NCBI GenBank assembly: GCA_964523575.1
Contig: CAZGAV010000011.1
Coordinates: 2,294-66,293, forward strand
Length of the DNA: 64,000 bases
Direction of reading: 5' to 3'
Source: an uncultured Ignavibacteriales bacterium
GTDB taxonomy: Bacteria > Zixibacteria > MSB-5A5 > GN15 > JAAZOE01
Both the position numbers and the translations under genes were made by a program. Positions 46,248 through 56,024 of the stretch are shown here, piece after piece. Numbering within the stretch: position 1 is the stretch's first letter; the number at the start of each line of letters is the position of its first letter. The notes below the pieces were generated by a model. The model searched no databases. It saw only the letters and a list, made by a program, of their open reading frames with translations, and was not told where the DNA came from.

Positions 46248-46519
46248 ATTCCCTCCTTAAATAGATATCCTCATTAAGTAAAGGGCCGTCTTCAACTGGT
46301 CAACAATTTTATGTAAGCGCTTACTTATTCTTTTACCTATTAGACTATAATCTTGCCAAAAGGTTGCGAATAATTTACCATGGGCGAGGTACAATACTTA
46401 TCGTTGGCACAACATGGTACGTTTATTCCGGCCCGGGACAACCGGGCGGCAAGGCCTGCGTTATCAATGCCGGAAAATTAAACGCGAGTCTAAGCGAAGA
46501 TTTAGAAAAGGATACCGAC

Positions 46520-47299
46520 ATGGTCCGGATTCAAAATTTGTCGCGCTCATTCGGTTTGATCAAAGCTGTCGATGATTTATCGTTTGAAGTCAAAGGCGGC
46601 GAAATTTTCGCCCTGCTGGGGCCCAACGGCGCCGGCAAAACCACCACCATTAAAATTATCCTCGGCATGCTCCGGCCCGACAGCGGCACCGTCTGGTTCG
46701 ACGGACATGAGGTTTCACCGCAGGAAAACGGTTACAAGGCTCGCACCGGCTATGTCCCCGAAAACTGCGCCCTTTATGAAACTCTCAGCGGCCGCGAATA
46801 TCTCGAATTCGTCGGCAATCTGCATCATCTGTCGCCCGAATCGGTGCGGCGCAAATCCGACCGCCTTCTCGAACTCCTCGAAATCGGCGACGCCTCGACC
46901 AAACTGATCCGCGAATATTCCAAAGGGATGAAACAGAAAATACTGATTATTTCGGCTCTCCTTCATGACCCCGATTTGATTATTCTCGACGAGCCTTTCT
47001 CCGGTCTCGACGCCAACGCCGTTTCGGTTTTCCGCGAGGTTTTCCGCGAGCAGGCCCGTCAGGGCAAAAGTATCATTTTCTGTTCGCACATCCTCGAGGT
47101 CGTCGAACGGCTGGTCAGCCGCATCCTTATCATCAAAGACGGCAAAAACCTGGCCTCCGGTTCCCCGGACGAAATCATCCGCCAAACCGGCCATACCAGC
47201 CTCGACCGCGCCTTCAATGACCTCACCGGCGCCCGGGATATTGATACTCGCGCCCGGGATATTGTCGATGCCATCGGGCGGGACGATGGCGATGACTAA
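46520..47299 (+). CDS. ABC transporter ATP-binding protein
   Basis: Start chosen at MVRIQNLSRSFG. Walker A GPNGAGKTT, signature-like YSKGMKQK, Walker B LIILDEPFSGLD. Confidence 0.9.
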   Translation: MVRIQNLSRSFGLIKAVDDLSFEVKGGEIFALLGPNGAGKTTTIKIILGMLRPDSGTVWFDGHEVSPQENGYKARTGYVPENCALYETLSGREYLEFVGNLHHLSPESVRRKSDRLLELLEIGDASTKLIREYSKGMKQKILIISALLHDPDLIILDEPFSGLDANAVSVFREVFREQARQGKSIIFCSHILEVVERLVSRILIIKDGKNLASGSPDEIIRQTGHTSLDRAFNDLTGARDIDTRARDIVDAIGRDDGDD

Positions 47300-48929
47300 A
47301 GCCCGGCAGATAATCGACTGGCATCAGGTCCGGGCCATGATCGGCGTCAGCCTCAAAAACGACTGGCGCGGCGCCAACAACCCCTTCACCGGGTCGTCGG
47401 TCCGCAAAGGCAAAATTCCCGGAATCGTCATAATCCTGATCATGAATCTGGTCATGTCGATTTTTCTCGGCGTGGCTTTTCTTCTGGTGGCCGATCTGTT
47501 CACCGGTATGGTCATCGCCGCCGTTGGCGCCCTGACCGTGGTTGCCGTTCAGGTCTTGTTGGAATTCGGTAACGTCATCATCTCGCCGGACGATTATAAT
47601 ATCCTCAGCCCTCATCCGATCAATTCTCGAACCTTTTATACCGCCAAACTTATCCACCTGCTCTTTTATGTCACCCTGTTGGCGGCTTCGGTGTCGGTCG
47701 CCCCGGCGATTTTCGCGGCTGTAGCCGCAAAGTCGATATGGGCCGCGCCGGTGGTTCTGATCCATTTCTGGATAACCTGCGTTTTTGCCGCCGTCCTCGT
47801 CATGAATCTCTATACCCTGATTATCAAAAAAATCGACCGGCGGCGGCTGGAACGACTGCTCGGTTATATCCATATGCTGATGATGATCGGCTTTTATCTC
47901 GGGCTGAATATTCTCTCGCGCGTCATGAAACAGGCCCTGGTGGGACTCGATGTCAGCCGCCTGCCGTGGCTGAAGGCCCTGCCGTCTTACTGGTTCGGGG
48001 CCTGGGTCAAGCTCGCCGTCAGCGGCTGGGATGGGGAGACTTTTTTGCTGGGACTGCTGGGACTGGCCCTGCTGGCCGGCCTGGCGGCCATGGCCTTCTC
48101 CTATCTGTCATTGACCTACGCCGAATCATTGAGCCATGTGGCCTGGTCGCGATCCTCCGATATCCGCCGGGAAACACCCCGGCTGTTAAAAATCGTGGGG
48201 AAGCGAATCATGGGCTTCGAGGAACGCGCCCTGTTGATGCTGGTGCGGGCCAACTTCAAGCATGACACTCAATTTCGGATGGGCGTCCTGGGATTCTTGC
48301 CATTGATAATATTCTACATGATTTATGGCTTTATCGTGGCCGGCTCCAATGTCCGTGATCCCCTGAATCCGTTGCCGGATACTCAGGCCATGACCAATGT
48401 TTTACTTGGTCTCGCCGTCGTCATTATGCCGGCCATGATGCTGTCGCTGATGCATACCTCCAAATCATGGTCGGCGGCCTGGATATTTTATACGGCGCCG
48501 TTTGACCGGGTGAAAATGATCCGGGCCATCGATCGCCTGGTATTGATGATGCTGGTCGTGCCGATCTGCATCCTCATGTGCGCCATCTTCATCTACCTTT
48601 ACGGCAATGTCCTCCACGCTCTCCTTCACACTGCTTTCATGATGACCGTGGCCGCGACCGGATTGACTTTTTTGAACATCTTCGATATTCGCCTGCCGTT
48701 TGCGGCCGATAGTCGGCCGGGGGGGACGATGGGTGGAATGCTGGGTCCGATGATCCTGGCGGCGGCCATATTTGGCACCATTATCGCGATCGTCGCCAAC
48801 GTCGGCTATGGGGGATACCTGGGCTGGGGAATTTATATGGCCGCTTTTCTGATTTTCAATTTCCTTCTCAGCCGGGGCCGGGTCGGTCGTATCCGCAAAG
48901 TCTCCGCCACCTGGGAATTCACCGGCTGA
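47286..48929 (+). CDS. Polytopic membrane protein, probable permease partner of the ABC ATPase
   Basis: The ATG overlaps the ATPase gene by 14 nt. About 12 hydrophobic helices. No family motif recognised. Confidence 0.7.
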   Translation: MAMTKARQIIDWHQVRAMIGVSLKNDWRGANNPFTGSSVRKGKIPGIVIILIMNLVMSIFLGVAFLLVADLFTGMVIAAVGALTVVAVQVLLEFGNVIISPDDYNILSPHPINSRTFYTAKLIHLLFYVTLLAASVSVAPAIFAAVAAKSIWAAPVVLIHFWITCVFAAVLVMNLYTLIIKKIDRRRLERLLGYIHMLMMIGFYLGLNILSRVMKQALVGLDVSRLPWLKALPSYWFGAWVKLAVSGWDGETFLLGLLGLALLAGLAAMAFSYLSLTYAESLSHVAWSRSSDIRRETPRLLKIVGKRIMGFEERALLMLVRANFKHDTQFRMGVLGFLPLIIFYMIYGFIVAGSNVRDPLNPLPDTQAMTNVLLGLAVVIMPAMMLSLMHTSKSWSAAWIFYTAPFDRVKMIRAIDRLVLMMLVVPICILMCAIFIYLYGNVLHALLHTAFMMTVAATGLTFLNIFDIRLPFAADSRPGGTMGGMLGPMILAAAIFGTIIAIVANVGYGGYLGWGIYMAAFLIFNFLLSRGRVGRIRKVSATWEFTG

Positions 48930-49272
48930 CGACAGCCCTCAACCATCGAATCGAGTAATTGTCCTTTTTCCGCCTTCATCCCCGTCGCACCGAACTCAAG
49001 GAATAATTAAACGCTTGTTCAATTAGCCGCTCTGCCTTATTTTATACTCAAACCGCAGGATACTTCAGCCGACATAGGTTATAGACACAAGTCGGCAACG
49101 AAGCTTTGACAAGCCGCGCGGCGCCGTTGAACAGAATTTTTCTGGTGAGGGGGATCACCGGTTCCATCGGTTCTCGCCCGGGCATCGGTTTAAAATTGAA
49201 CGCCGACGACAGGAGGCGGTCGAAATTGTCTATTGGCAGGCAATGGGCGAGATGTATATCTCGGGCGGAAGT

Positions 49273-51642
49273 ATGACATCTATCCGAATTTTGATCATTC
49301 TCAGTCTTTTCGGGACGGCCATCGCCCTGGCCGAACCGGCGGTCAGGATCGAACACCCCGTCGTGATTTCACCCCAGGGCAATGTCAACGTCGATATTTC
49401 TCTGGACAATCCCGACAGCCTCGCCTTCGGCGGCTTTGACCTTTATATATCGTATGACTCGGCCCTGTCCCTCCAGTCGGTTTCAATGGGGCAACTTCTG
49501 ATCGATTGCGGCTGGGAGTACTTCACCTATCGCGGTGAGGGGCTCAATGAAATACGCATCGTGGCCATGGCTGAAATCAGCAACGGCGCCGCCCACCCCT
49601 CATGCTACGCCCAAACTTCGGGGACGCTGGCCCGCATCGCGTTTGTCCCCCAATGCAACCCCCTTCACGACGCCGATTTTCTTTCGATTCGTTTTATGTG
49701 GTACGACTGCGGCGACAATACCTTTTCCTCGATTGCCGGCGACACCCTGATTATTTCCCATGACGTTTACGCCTTCAATGGTCTCGACGATTTTCTCATC
49801 ACCGGGGACACCGCTTTCCCGACCCCCTACGGCGCACCCGGTCAATGCCTGCCCAATTTCCGGGGAATAGATTTCTACGGCGGCGGCATTGCGGCCATAT
49901 TCCATGATACGATACCTCCCCTCGCCCATTGTCCCGGCAATATCATAGCGGAAAACGACCCCGGCCAATGCGGCGCGAGTGTAGCTTATACCGCCTCGGT
50001 TTCGGACAACAATCCCGGAGCGACCATTACCTGCGATATACCATCCGGTTCGTTTTTCCCCGATGGTTCGACCACTGTCACCTGCATTGCCGTCGATATT
50101 CTCGATAACGCCGACACCTGTGATTTTCAGGTTAACGTCCATGATACCGAAGCGCCATCGGCCGTCTGCCCCGGGGATATGACCGTCGCCGCCGATCCCG
50201 GAACCTGCGGAGCGATTGTGCCGTTTGCGGCGGAGGTGACCGACAACTGCCCCGGCCCCACCATTTCATATTCCCCCGGACCTTCGAGTTTCTTCGAAAT
50301 CGGACCTAACCCGGTAATTTGCGTCGCTACAGACGCCGCCGGCAATGCCGATACCTGTAGCTTCACCGTCACTGTCATCGATTCCGAGCCGCCCACAATT
50401 AATTTTCCGCAAGACGTCGTCGTTCCCAACGATCCCGGCCAATGTGACGCCGAGGTCGCCTACGAGGTTACGGCCGAAGACAATTGTTCGACGGCCAATG
50501 TTTCCTGTGATCATCCTTTCGATTCCTATTTCAATCTCGGGACGACCTCCATTACCTGCATTGCCGTCGATGAAGCAGGCAATGCCGATACCGGAGTTTT
50601 TCACATAACCGTCATTGACACCCAGCCTCCGGTGGCCTCCTGCCCCGACGACACCACTCTGTACAATGAACCCGGTTTGTGCGGCGCTCATCTGGTCTTT
50701 ACTCCCACCGTTGAAGATAATTGTCCCGGCGCGACGATTTCCTGCTATCCGCCGTCGGGAGCGCTGTTTCCGACTCGGCCCCTGCCGGTCGTTTGTGTCG
50801 CCGTTGACGCCGGAGGCAATACCGATACGGTCGGCTTCACGGTCACCGTCGTCGATACTCAGCCGCCGATTGTCAATGTCCCGACCGAAGTTATTAAACC
50901 CAACGATCCCGGCCAATGCGGCACGGTTGTCGAGTTCGAAGTGAGCGTCATGGACAATTGCGCCAACGCCGTGATTTCCTGCGACCACGCTTCAGGCTCC
51001 TACTTCCCGGTGGGATTCACCGAGGTTACTTGCATCGGAAGCGACGGCTGGAACAACGCCGATACGGCGATCTTTACGGTTATCGTCTCCGACACCATCC
51101 GGCCGACTTTGTTCTGCCCCAACGATATCGAGGTCCAGAACGATTCCGGCGCCTATGGAGCCATCGTGAATTACACGCCCACCGCCGAAGACAATTGCCC
51201 CGATGTAACCATTTACACCTCGCCTCCGTCGGGCTCATTTTTCGATATTGGCACTAGAACAGTACAGGTTATCGCCACCGATAATGTCGGCAACGCCACG
51301 GTTGGCCATTTCGATGTGACCGTTACCCTCAACGATCCCGATCAGGACGGCTTCGCCACCTGGGATGATAATTGTCCCGAAACGTTTAACCCCGATCAAC
51401 TCGACTCCGACGGCGACGGTCTCGGCGATGTCTGCGACTGGCGCTACGGTGATGCCAATAATGACGATGACATCAATGTCGGTGACGCCGTTTACCTGAT
51501 CGCTTATGTCTTCAGCTATGGTCCTGGGCCGGAACCGGATCAGGCCGGCGACGCCAATTGCGACGGTCAGGCCAATGTTGCCGACGCTGTTTATTTGATT
51601 AATTACATTTTTCGCCAGGGTTCGGAACCCGGATGCCGCTGA
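49273..51642 (+). CDS. Secreted surface protein: cohesin-like domain + 6 HYR repeats + TSP3 repeat + dockerin-like module
   Basis: Start chosen at MTSIRILIILSLFGTAIALA (signal peptide). The N-domain is ...NVNVDISLDNPDSLAFGGFDLYISYDSALSLQSV.... Six ~79-aa units follow the pattern DTxPP..CP.D......G.CGA.V.......DNCPG......P.SGS.FP.G.T.V.C.A.D..GN.D.C.F.V.V. The tail is GDANNDDDINVGDAVYLIAYVF / GDANCDGQANVADAVYLINYIF. Confidence 0.85.
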   Translation: MTSIRILIILSLFGTAIALAEPAVRIEHPVVISPQGNVNVDISLDNPDSLAFGGFDLYISYDSALSLQSVSMGQLLIDCGWEYFTYRGEGLNEIRIVAMAEISNGAAHPSCYAQTSGTLARIAFVPQCNPLHDADFLSIRFMWYDCGDNTFSSIAGDTLIISHDVYAFNGLDDFLITGDTAFPTPYGAPGQCLPNFRGIDFYGGGIAAIFHDTIPPLAHCPGNIIAENDPGQCGASVAYTASVSDNNPGATITCDIPSGSFFPDGSTTVTCIAVDILDNADTCDFQVNVHDTEAPSAVCPGDMTVAADPGTCGAIVPFAAEVTDNCPGPTISYSPGPSSFFEIGPNPVICVATDAAGNADTCSFTVTVIDSEPPTINFPQDVVVPNDPGQCDAEVAYEVTAEDNCSTANVSCDHPFDSYFNLGTTSITCIAVDEAGNADTGVFHITVIDTQPPVASCPDDTTLYNEPGLCGAHLVFTPTVEDNCPGATISCYPPSGALFPTRPLPVVCVAVDAGGNTDTVGFTVTVVDTQPPIVNVPTEVIKPNDPGQCGTVVEFEVSVMDNCANAVISCDHASGSYFPVGFTEVTCIGSDGWNNADTAIFTVIVSDTIRPTLFCPNDIEVQNDSGAYGAIVNYTPTAEDNCPDVTIYTSPPSGSFFDIGTRTVQVIATDNVGNATVGHFDVTVTLNDPDQDGFATWDDNCPETFNPDQLDSDGDGLGDVCDWRYGDANNDDDINVGDAVYLIAYVFSYGPGPEPDQAGDANCDGQANVADAVYLINYIFRQGSEPGCR
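49906..51330 (+). repeat. Six tandem HYR-type coding repeats (~237 bp each, diverged)
   Basis: The repeat boundaries DTIPP, DTEAP, DSEPP, DTQPP, DTQPP and DTIRP recur every ~79 codons. Confidence 0.8.
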
Positions 51643-51829
51643 GGGTTATAATTATCAGCACACGCAATATCATAGCATGGCAACGCCCACCTGCCGGCTG
51701 TGAGTAAGAATCGCCGCACCCCGGCCGAAAGTTCCAATCTTGGACCGGGGACGGCAATTCTTTCTTTACAGGCCAATCATTGAATTGTTAAATTGAGGTT
51801 AAATCGGTCCTCTAAGCACGGGGTGAATT

Positions 51830-52240
51830 ATGAAATACGCCGTTTTATGGCTGATCCTGGTAATCGCCGTCGTCGGTTGCACCAAAATCGATTATATCGG
51901 CGAGGAATATCCCCCGACCAGCCTGGTCGATCTCTATTTTTCCATGGATGACGTCCGGCTGGAGTACAAGGTCATGGGGCATGTGGTCGCCACGGCTCAT
52001 GATATCGTCAGCGCCGAAAAAATGCAGAAGAAGATAATGGAAGAAGCCCGGAAAAAAGGCGCCGATGGGGTCGTTATTCTCGGGCTGGATCGCTACCAGG
52101 CCGGATCATCAACATCCTACACCGAGACGACCGAGACCGCCGAAACCCAAAAAGGCAGTCAATCGGTGACGACCGCCACGACCAAAACCGACGTCGAAGA
52201 GAAAAAGGAAATCCGGGCGACCTTCATCAAATATCGATGA
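51830..52240 (+). CDS. Hypothetical lipoprotein
   Basis: Signal peptide with lipobox VVGC. Thr/Glu-rich C-terminal half. Confidence 0.65.
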   Translation: MKYAVLWLILVIAVVGCTKIDYIGEEYPPTSLVDLYFSMDDVRLEYKVMGHVVATAHDIVSAEKMQKKIMEEARKKGADGVVILGLDRYQAGSSTSYTETTETAETQKGSQSVTTATTKTDVEEKKEIRATFIKYR

Positions 52241-52248
52241 CGCCGCCC

Positions 52249-52776
52249 TTAAGGCGACGGCGACAGCTTTTTGGCCAGTTCGATCATGGTCGCGATATGA
52301 TGGTCGTCATGCTCGGCAAAGAAGAAAACCATATCAACCACCCGCATCGGTTTGTTCAGTCGGGGATGTATCGCTTCCCGGGCGATGATTGATTCATCAA
52401 GTGATTCCAATCGCGCCACGATGCCCATCCGCACGGCCCGAAACGAAGCCAGTAAGGCCTCGATGTTTTTCTCATGATGCCGCCGGGCGACGGTTCGGGC
52501 ATTGGACATGTCGGCCGGGCGAAGGGTTTCCCTGCCGGCAATAAAATCGTCAATCCGCGCGTTCAGCAATTCTTCGACATCCTCCAGATGCCCGATCTGT
52601 TCCTGAATCGACCAGCTTTCTCCGTGGCGCATCGTCAATATTTTTTGGGGAAGCGATTTGACGATTTCCTCCACCCGCGCCGGCGTGCCTCTCAAACGCG
52701 TCAGGATACAGGGGTATTCCCCCTGCGGTGGATGATATTCAAATTTTCTTTCGATCCATTTGGTCTTGTCGGCCAT
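52249..52776 (-). CDS. DinB-family (four-helix bundle, metal-binding) protein
   Basis: 175 aa with His residues spaced as in DinB_2 proteins (QIGHLEDV, ..RRHHEKN.., AEHDDHHIATM). Confidence 0.75.
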   Translation of the reverse strand: MADKTKWIERKFEYHPPQGEYPCILTRLRGTPARVEEIVKSLPQKILTMRHGESWSIQEQIGHLEDVEELLNARIDDFIAGRETLRPADMSNARTVARRHHEKNIEALLASFRAVRMGIVARLESLDESIIAREAIHPRLNKPMRVVDMVFFFAEHDDHHIATMIELAKKLSPSP

Positions 52777-52953
52777 AAACCGCCCTCCTCAACAATCTTC
52801 AAAAATACAGTATAATAAAATTACTCTTATCAGAGGCCAGGAATTTCTCCCGGTTCTCCGCTCTTTTCCGATACGATTTCGGACATTTCCGGATTCAAAA
52901 AATATGGCCACTGGGGATGGGTTATTCGACCTCCGATTTACCCCCGATTGCTA

Positions 52954-52982
52954 TTGACAACCCTGAACCGCAGGAGTATCCT
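52954..52982 (+). promoter_or_regulatory. Sigma-70-like promoter upstream of the second sensor kinase module
   Basis: TTGACA (52954-52959), a 17-nt spacer, then TATCCT (52977-52982). This assumes the organism uses an E. coli-like housekeeping consensus. Confidence 0.4.
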
Positions 52983-53089
52983 AACGCGGGTAGGCAGTAG
53001 CCGATCCCGGCCGTGGTTTTTGAAAAAGAGTGACTTGAGCTCAATCTTTGTTTCCTGCCGGGGGCAGGATTTTTGGGGCGCGAGGAGTG

Positions 53090-54763
53090 ATGAGAGCAGA
53101 GTCGTCCCCGGGGTACGCTCCTTTCACGAAGGAGCACTATAGAGAACTCAGGCGAAAAACCGTCGTTCGCCTCCTGGTCACCTATCTGGCGCCGTTGATT
53201 CTTTTAGCGGCGTATTTTTTTTACCAGTATGACGCCATGCTCACCGAGGGCCGCCGCCTGCATCTGCGGGCCATCGCCGAAAATCAGGCCAATATCCTCG
53301 ACCTGTTTCTTTCGGAACGGCTGGTCAACCTTTCCAATCTGATCGACGATCCTAAGTTTGAAATCGCGCCGGCCCCCGTCAAACTTCAGGCCTATCTCGA
53401 CAATCTCCAGAAAAGCAGCAAGGCCTTCGTCGATATCGGTTCTTTCGATTCCTCAGGCGTCCAGGTGGCGTATGCCGGCCCCTACCCTTCGCTGGAAAAA
53501 CGCAATTACAGTTCCGAAGCCTGGTATCAGGCGCTCAGGAAAAAGCACGATAATTTCATCATCACCGATATTTACCTGGGATTTCGTCAACAGCCCCATT
53601 TTACCATCGCCGTCAGCCGTCTCATTGACGGCCAGTATATCGTCCTGAGAGCCACCCTCAGCCCGGAAAAAATTTACGAATATATCAGCGGGCTGGAAGG
53701 CTCCAACGAAGTCTTCACCTCGATTGTCAACAAGGCCGGATTTTATCAGGTGGCGACCCCCAATATCGGCACGCCGCTTCAGACTTCATCGATCGTGCCC
53801 CCCGAAACGCCCCGGCTGGGGACGGAGAAGGTTGATATTTCCGGCACCGATATCACCTATGCCTACTCCTGGCTCCGCACCGCCGATTGGGCCTTGACGG
53901 TGCAGTGGTCGGGCCCAGTCGATCAGGGATTGTTGACGGCTTTCGAATGGCGTCTTATTATCATCTCGCTGGTCGTCATCGGCCTTATCTTCGTCATTAT
54001 TATCAGCCGCGCCCGTAAACTGGTTGACCTGCAGATGGAATCGGATCGCACCCGGGCCCAGTTGGAACATGCCGCCAAGCTGGCCTCAGTCGGCGAACTG
54101 GCCGCCGGAATCGCCCATGAAATCAACAATCCCCTGGCCGTCATCAGCGAGGAAGCCGGCTTGATGAAGGATCTGATGAATCCGGAATTCGGAACGCCGA
54201 TTCAAAACACCGAACTAGTTCCTCATCTGGACAACATCAGCGAGTCGGTCTTTCGGTGCCGCGATATTACCCGCAAACTCCTGGGGTTTGTCCGCAAAAC
54301 CGATATCGATCTGCGCCGCCATAATATCCATACGATAATCGACGGCGTCGTTGACGGCCTGCTCGGTCCGGAGTTGGCCGTTTCCAATATCGAGGTCATC
54401 AGGCAATACGGCCGCGACATCCCCGAGCTGGTTACCGATCGCAACCAGCTTCAGCAGGTGTTACTCAACATCCTCAACAACGGTATCGATGCGATTGCGG
54501 GACGCGGCAAAATCACCATTACCACCTCCCTCGAAGGCAAGAGGGTTAAGATAACCATGACTGACACCGGCAAGGGTATAAGGCCCCAACATCTGGATAA
54601 AATTTTCATGCCCTTCTTCACGACCAAGGAGGTCGGCAAGGGCACCGGACTGGGGTTGTCGGTCAGTTACGGCATCATCAAAAATCTCGGTGGAGAGATT
54701 GCTGTGGAAAGCACGGTCGGCGTCGGGACGAGGTTTACGATTAAACTCTCGATCCGGCCTTGA
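53090..54763 (+). CDS. Membrane sensor histidine kinase with Cache-like domain (paralog of 6391..8097)
   Basis: It has the same architecture as the first kinase and aligns with it by eye (e.g. FVDIGSFDSSGVQVAYAGPY vs FIDLGLIDSTGLQSYYTGPY). H-box AAGIAHEINNPLAVI; DTGKGI and GTGLGLSVS boxes. The start is uncertain (the track gives 53048). Confidence 0.9.
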   Translation: MRAESSPGYAPFTKEHYRELRRKTVVRLLVTYLAPLILLAAYFFYQYDAMLTEGRRLHLRAIAENQANILDLFLSERLVNLSNLIDDPKFEIAPAPVKLQAYLDNLQKSSKAFVDIGSFDSSGVQVAYAGPYPSLEKRNYSSEAWYQALRKKHDNFIITDIYLGFRQQPHFTIAVSRLIDGQYIVLRATLSPEKIYEYISGLEGSNEVFTSIVNKAGFYQVATPNIGTPLQTSSIVPPETPRLGTEKVDISGTDITYAYSWLRTADWALTVQWSGPVDQGLLTAFEWRLIIISLVVIGLIFVIIISRARKLVDLQMESDRTRAQLEHAAKLASVGELAAGIAHEINNPLAVISEEAGLMKDLMNPEFGTPIQNTELVPHLDNISESVFRCRDITRKLLGFVRKTDIDLRRHNIHTIIDGVVDGLLGPELAVSNIEVIRQYGRDIPELVTDRNQLQQVLLNILNNGIDAIAGRGKITITTSLEGKRVKITMTDTGKGIRPQHLDKIFMPFFTTKEVGKGTGLGLSVSYGIIKNLGGEIAVESTVGVGTRFTIKLSIRP

Positions 54764-54816
54764 TAAATAAAGCGAAGGCGGCCGGGAAACCGGACGCCGG
54801 TTTTTAATGCAAGGGT

Positions 54817-55371
54817 TTGGCTATGGATTCAAAAACGGTTAAAGACCTTATTGTGCCGCTCGACCAGTACGCGGTGGTGCCCGAAAGCGCGACCGTACTG
54901 GATGCCATCCGGGTCCTCAAGCTGGCCCGTGCCCAGACGTCGCCGGATCGCCACCTGCCTCGCGCCGTCGTGGTCATTGATGAAAACGAAGTCGTTATCG
55001 GACAGATTGGGCATCTCGATTTTCTCGGCGCCCTGGAACCCGCCTTTCCGCCCCGGGGCGATATTGATGTCATGACCCGGGCCGGCGTGGACGATGCTTT
55101 ACTGGATTCGGTCGTCGAAAGTCAGCGTTTCTGGCAAGGCAACCTTGACGACGCCTGTCGCCGGGTGCGGGGGATAAAGGTCACCGCAATCATGCACCCG
55201 GTCACCGACAGCATCGACGAAATGGCATCCATCTGGGATGCTATCCGCAAAATTGTCAAGATCGGGGCCATGCGCATGCTGGTTTTGAGCGGCGGTGACG
55301 TCGTCGGAATCGTGCGCCTGGCCGATCTGTTTGCCGAAATAGCCGATTGCATCGACACCGTCGAGGAGTAG
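54817..55371 (+). CDS. CBS-pair domain protein (paralog 2 of 3)
   Basis: 184 aa. TVKDLIVPLDQYAVVPESATVLDAI... aligns with the ORFs at 55449 and 9751. Confidence 0.85.
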   Translation: MAMDSKTVKDLIVPLDQYAVVPESATVLDAIRVLKLARAQTSPDRHLPRAVVVIDENEVVIGQIGHLDFLGALEPAFPPRGDIDVMTRAGVDDALLDSVVESQRFWQGNLDDACRRVRGIKVTAIMHPVTDSIDEMASIWDAIRKIVKIGAMRMLVLSGGDVVGIVRLADLFAEIADCIDTVEE

Positions 55372-55448
55372 CCGCGCCGGAGAATCAACGGCGCGAAAGT
55401 GTGATTATTAACCATTGACCCGGTGATACCCGGCCGGGAGGAAGGTCG

Positions 55449-56006
55449 ATGGATACTAAAATAGTGAAAGATTTGATGGTGCCGCTCGACGAATACGCAG
55501 TGGTGCCGGAAGAAGCCACTCTGCTGGACGCCATCAATGCCCTGGAGGCGGCGCAGAAACGCCTGCCCGAGGGACGTCAGCCGCACCGGGCGGTTCTGGT
55601 TGAGGGCAAAGATAAAAGAATCATCGGGAAAGTCGGCCAATTGGCTTTCCTCAAAGCGCTGGAGCCCAAATACAATGTCCTTGGAGATATGGAAATGCTG
55701 GCCCGGGCCGGCGTCCAGCCCGATTTCATTTCGTCGATGATGGAAAATTATCAATTCTTCCAGGACAGCCTGTCCGACTTATGCTGGCGGGGTCGAAATA
55801 TCCGGGTGCGGGATGTCATGCGCCCGGTTGCCGAACATATTGACGAGAAGGCCTCGTTGCGAGAGGCCATCCATCAGATTATCATGTTGCAGACGCTCTC
55901 GATTCTGGTCACGCGCGGCCGGGAAGTCATCGGTCTTTTGCGACTTTCCGACTTGTATGAGGAAGTGGCCGCCCAGATAAAGAACGCGCCGAGCGACTGC
56001 GAATAA
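55449..56006 (+). CDS. CBS-pair domain protein (paralog 3 of 3)
   Basis: 185 aa. IVKDLMVPLDEYAVVPEEATLLDAI.... Tandem duplicate of the preceding gene. Confidence 0.85.
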   Translation: MDTKIVKDLMVPLDEYAVVPEEATLLDAINALEAAQKRLPEGRQPHRAVLVEGKDKRIIGKVGQLAFLKALEPKYNVLGDMEMLARAGVQPDFISSMMENYQFFQDSLSDLCWRGRNIRVRDVMRPVAEHIDEKASLREAIHQIIMLQTLSILVTRGREVIGLLRLSDLYEEVAAQIKNAPSDCE

Positions 56007-56024
56007 CATCGGGGGATACATAAG

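Noticed and set aside
46405-46420. TGGCAC hexamer (TTGGCACAACATGGTAC) upstream of the ABC operon.
   Set aside because: The -24 half is perfect, but the position 10 nt after GG is TA, not GC, so there is no -12 element. It is not called a sigma-54 promoter.
46364-46519. Upstream extension of the ABC ATPase ORF. Similar extensions exist at 47217..47285 for the permease and 33572..33628 for the MOSC gene.
   Set aside because: ABC ATPases normally begin a few residues before the conserved beta-strand (here MVRIQNLS). The extensions are low-complexity or Arg-rich and lack RBS support, and the internal starts give standard protein lengths and gene overlaps.
49234-49249. TGGCAGGCAATGGGCG upstream of the HYR adhesin gene.
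   Set aside because: The GG-N10-GC spacing is present, but the -12 region (GGGCG) is poor. The element would leave only a ~12-nt leader before the preferred ATG at 49273. Too weak to call.
49906-51330. Regularly spaced repeats (HYR units here, and the TSP3 units at 25560-25980) were considered as a possible CRISPR-like or satellite array.
   Set aside because: The repeats are in frame within long ORFs with conserved Cys/Asp protein motifs. There are no unique spacers and no cas genes. They are protein-domain repeats.
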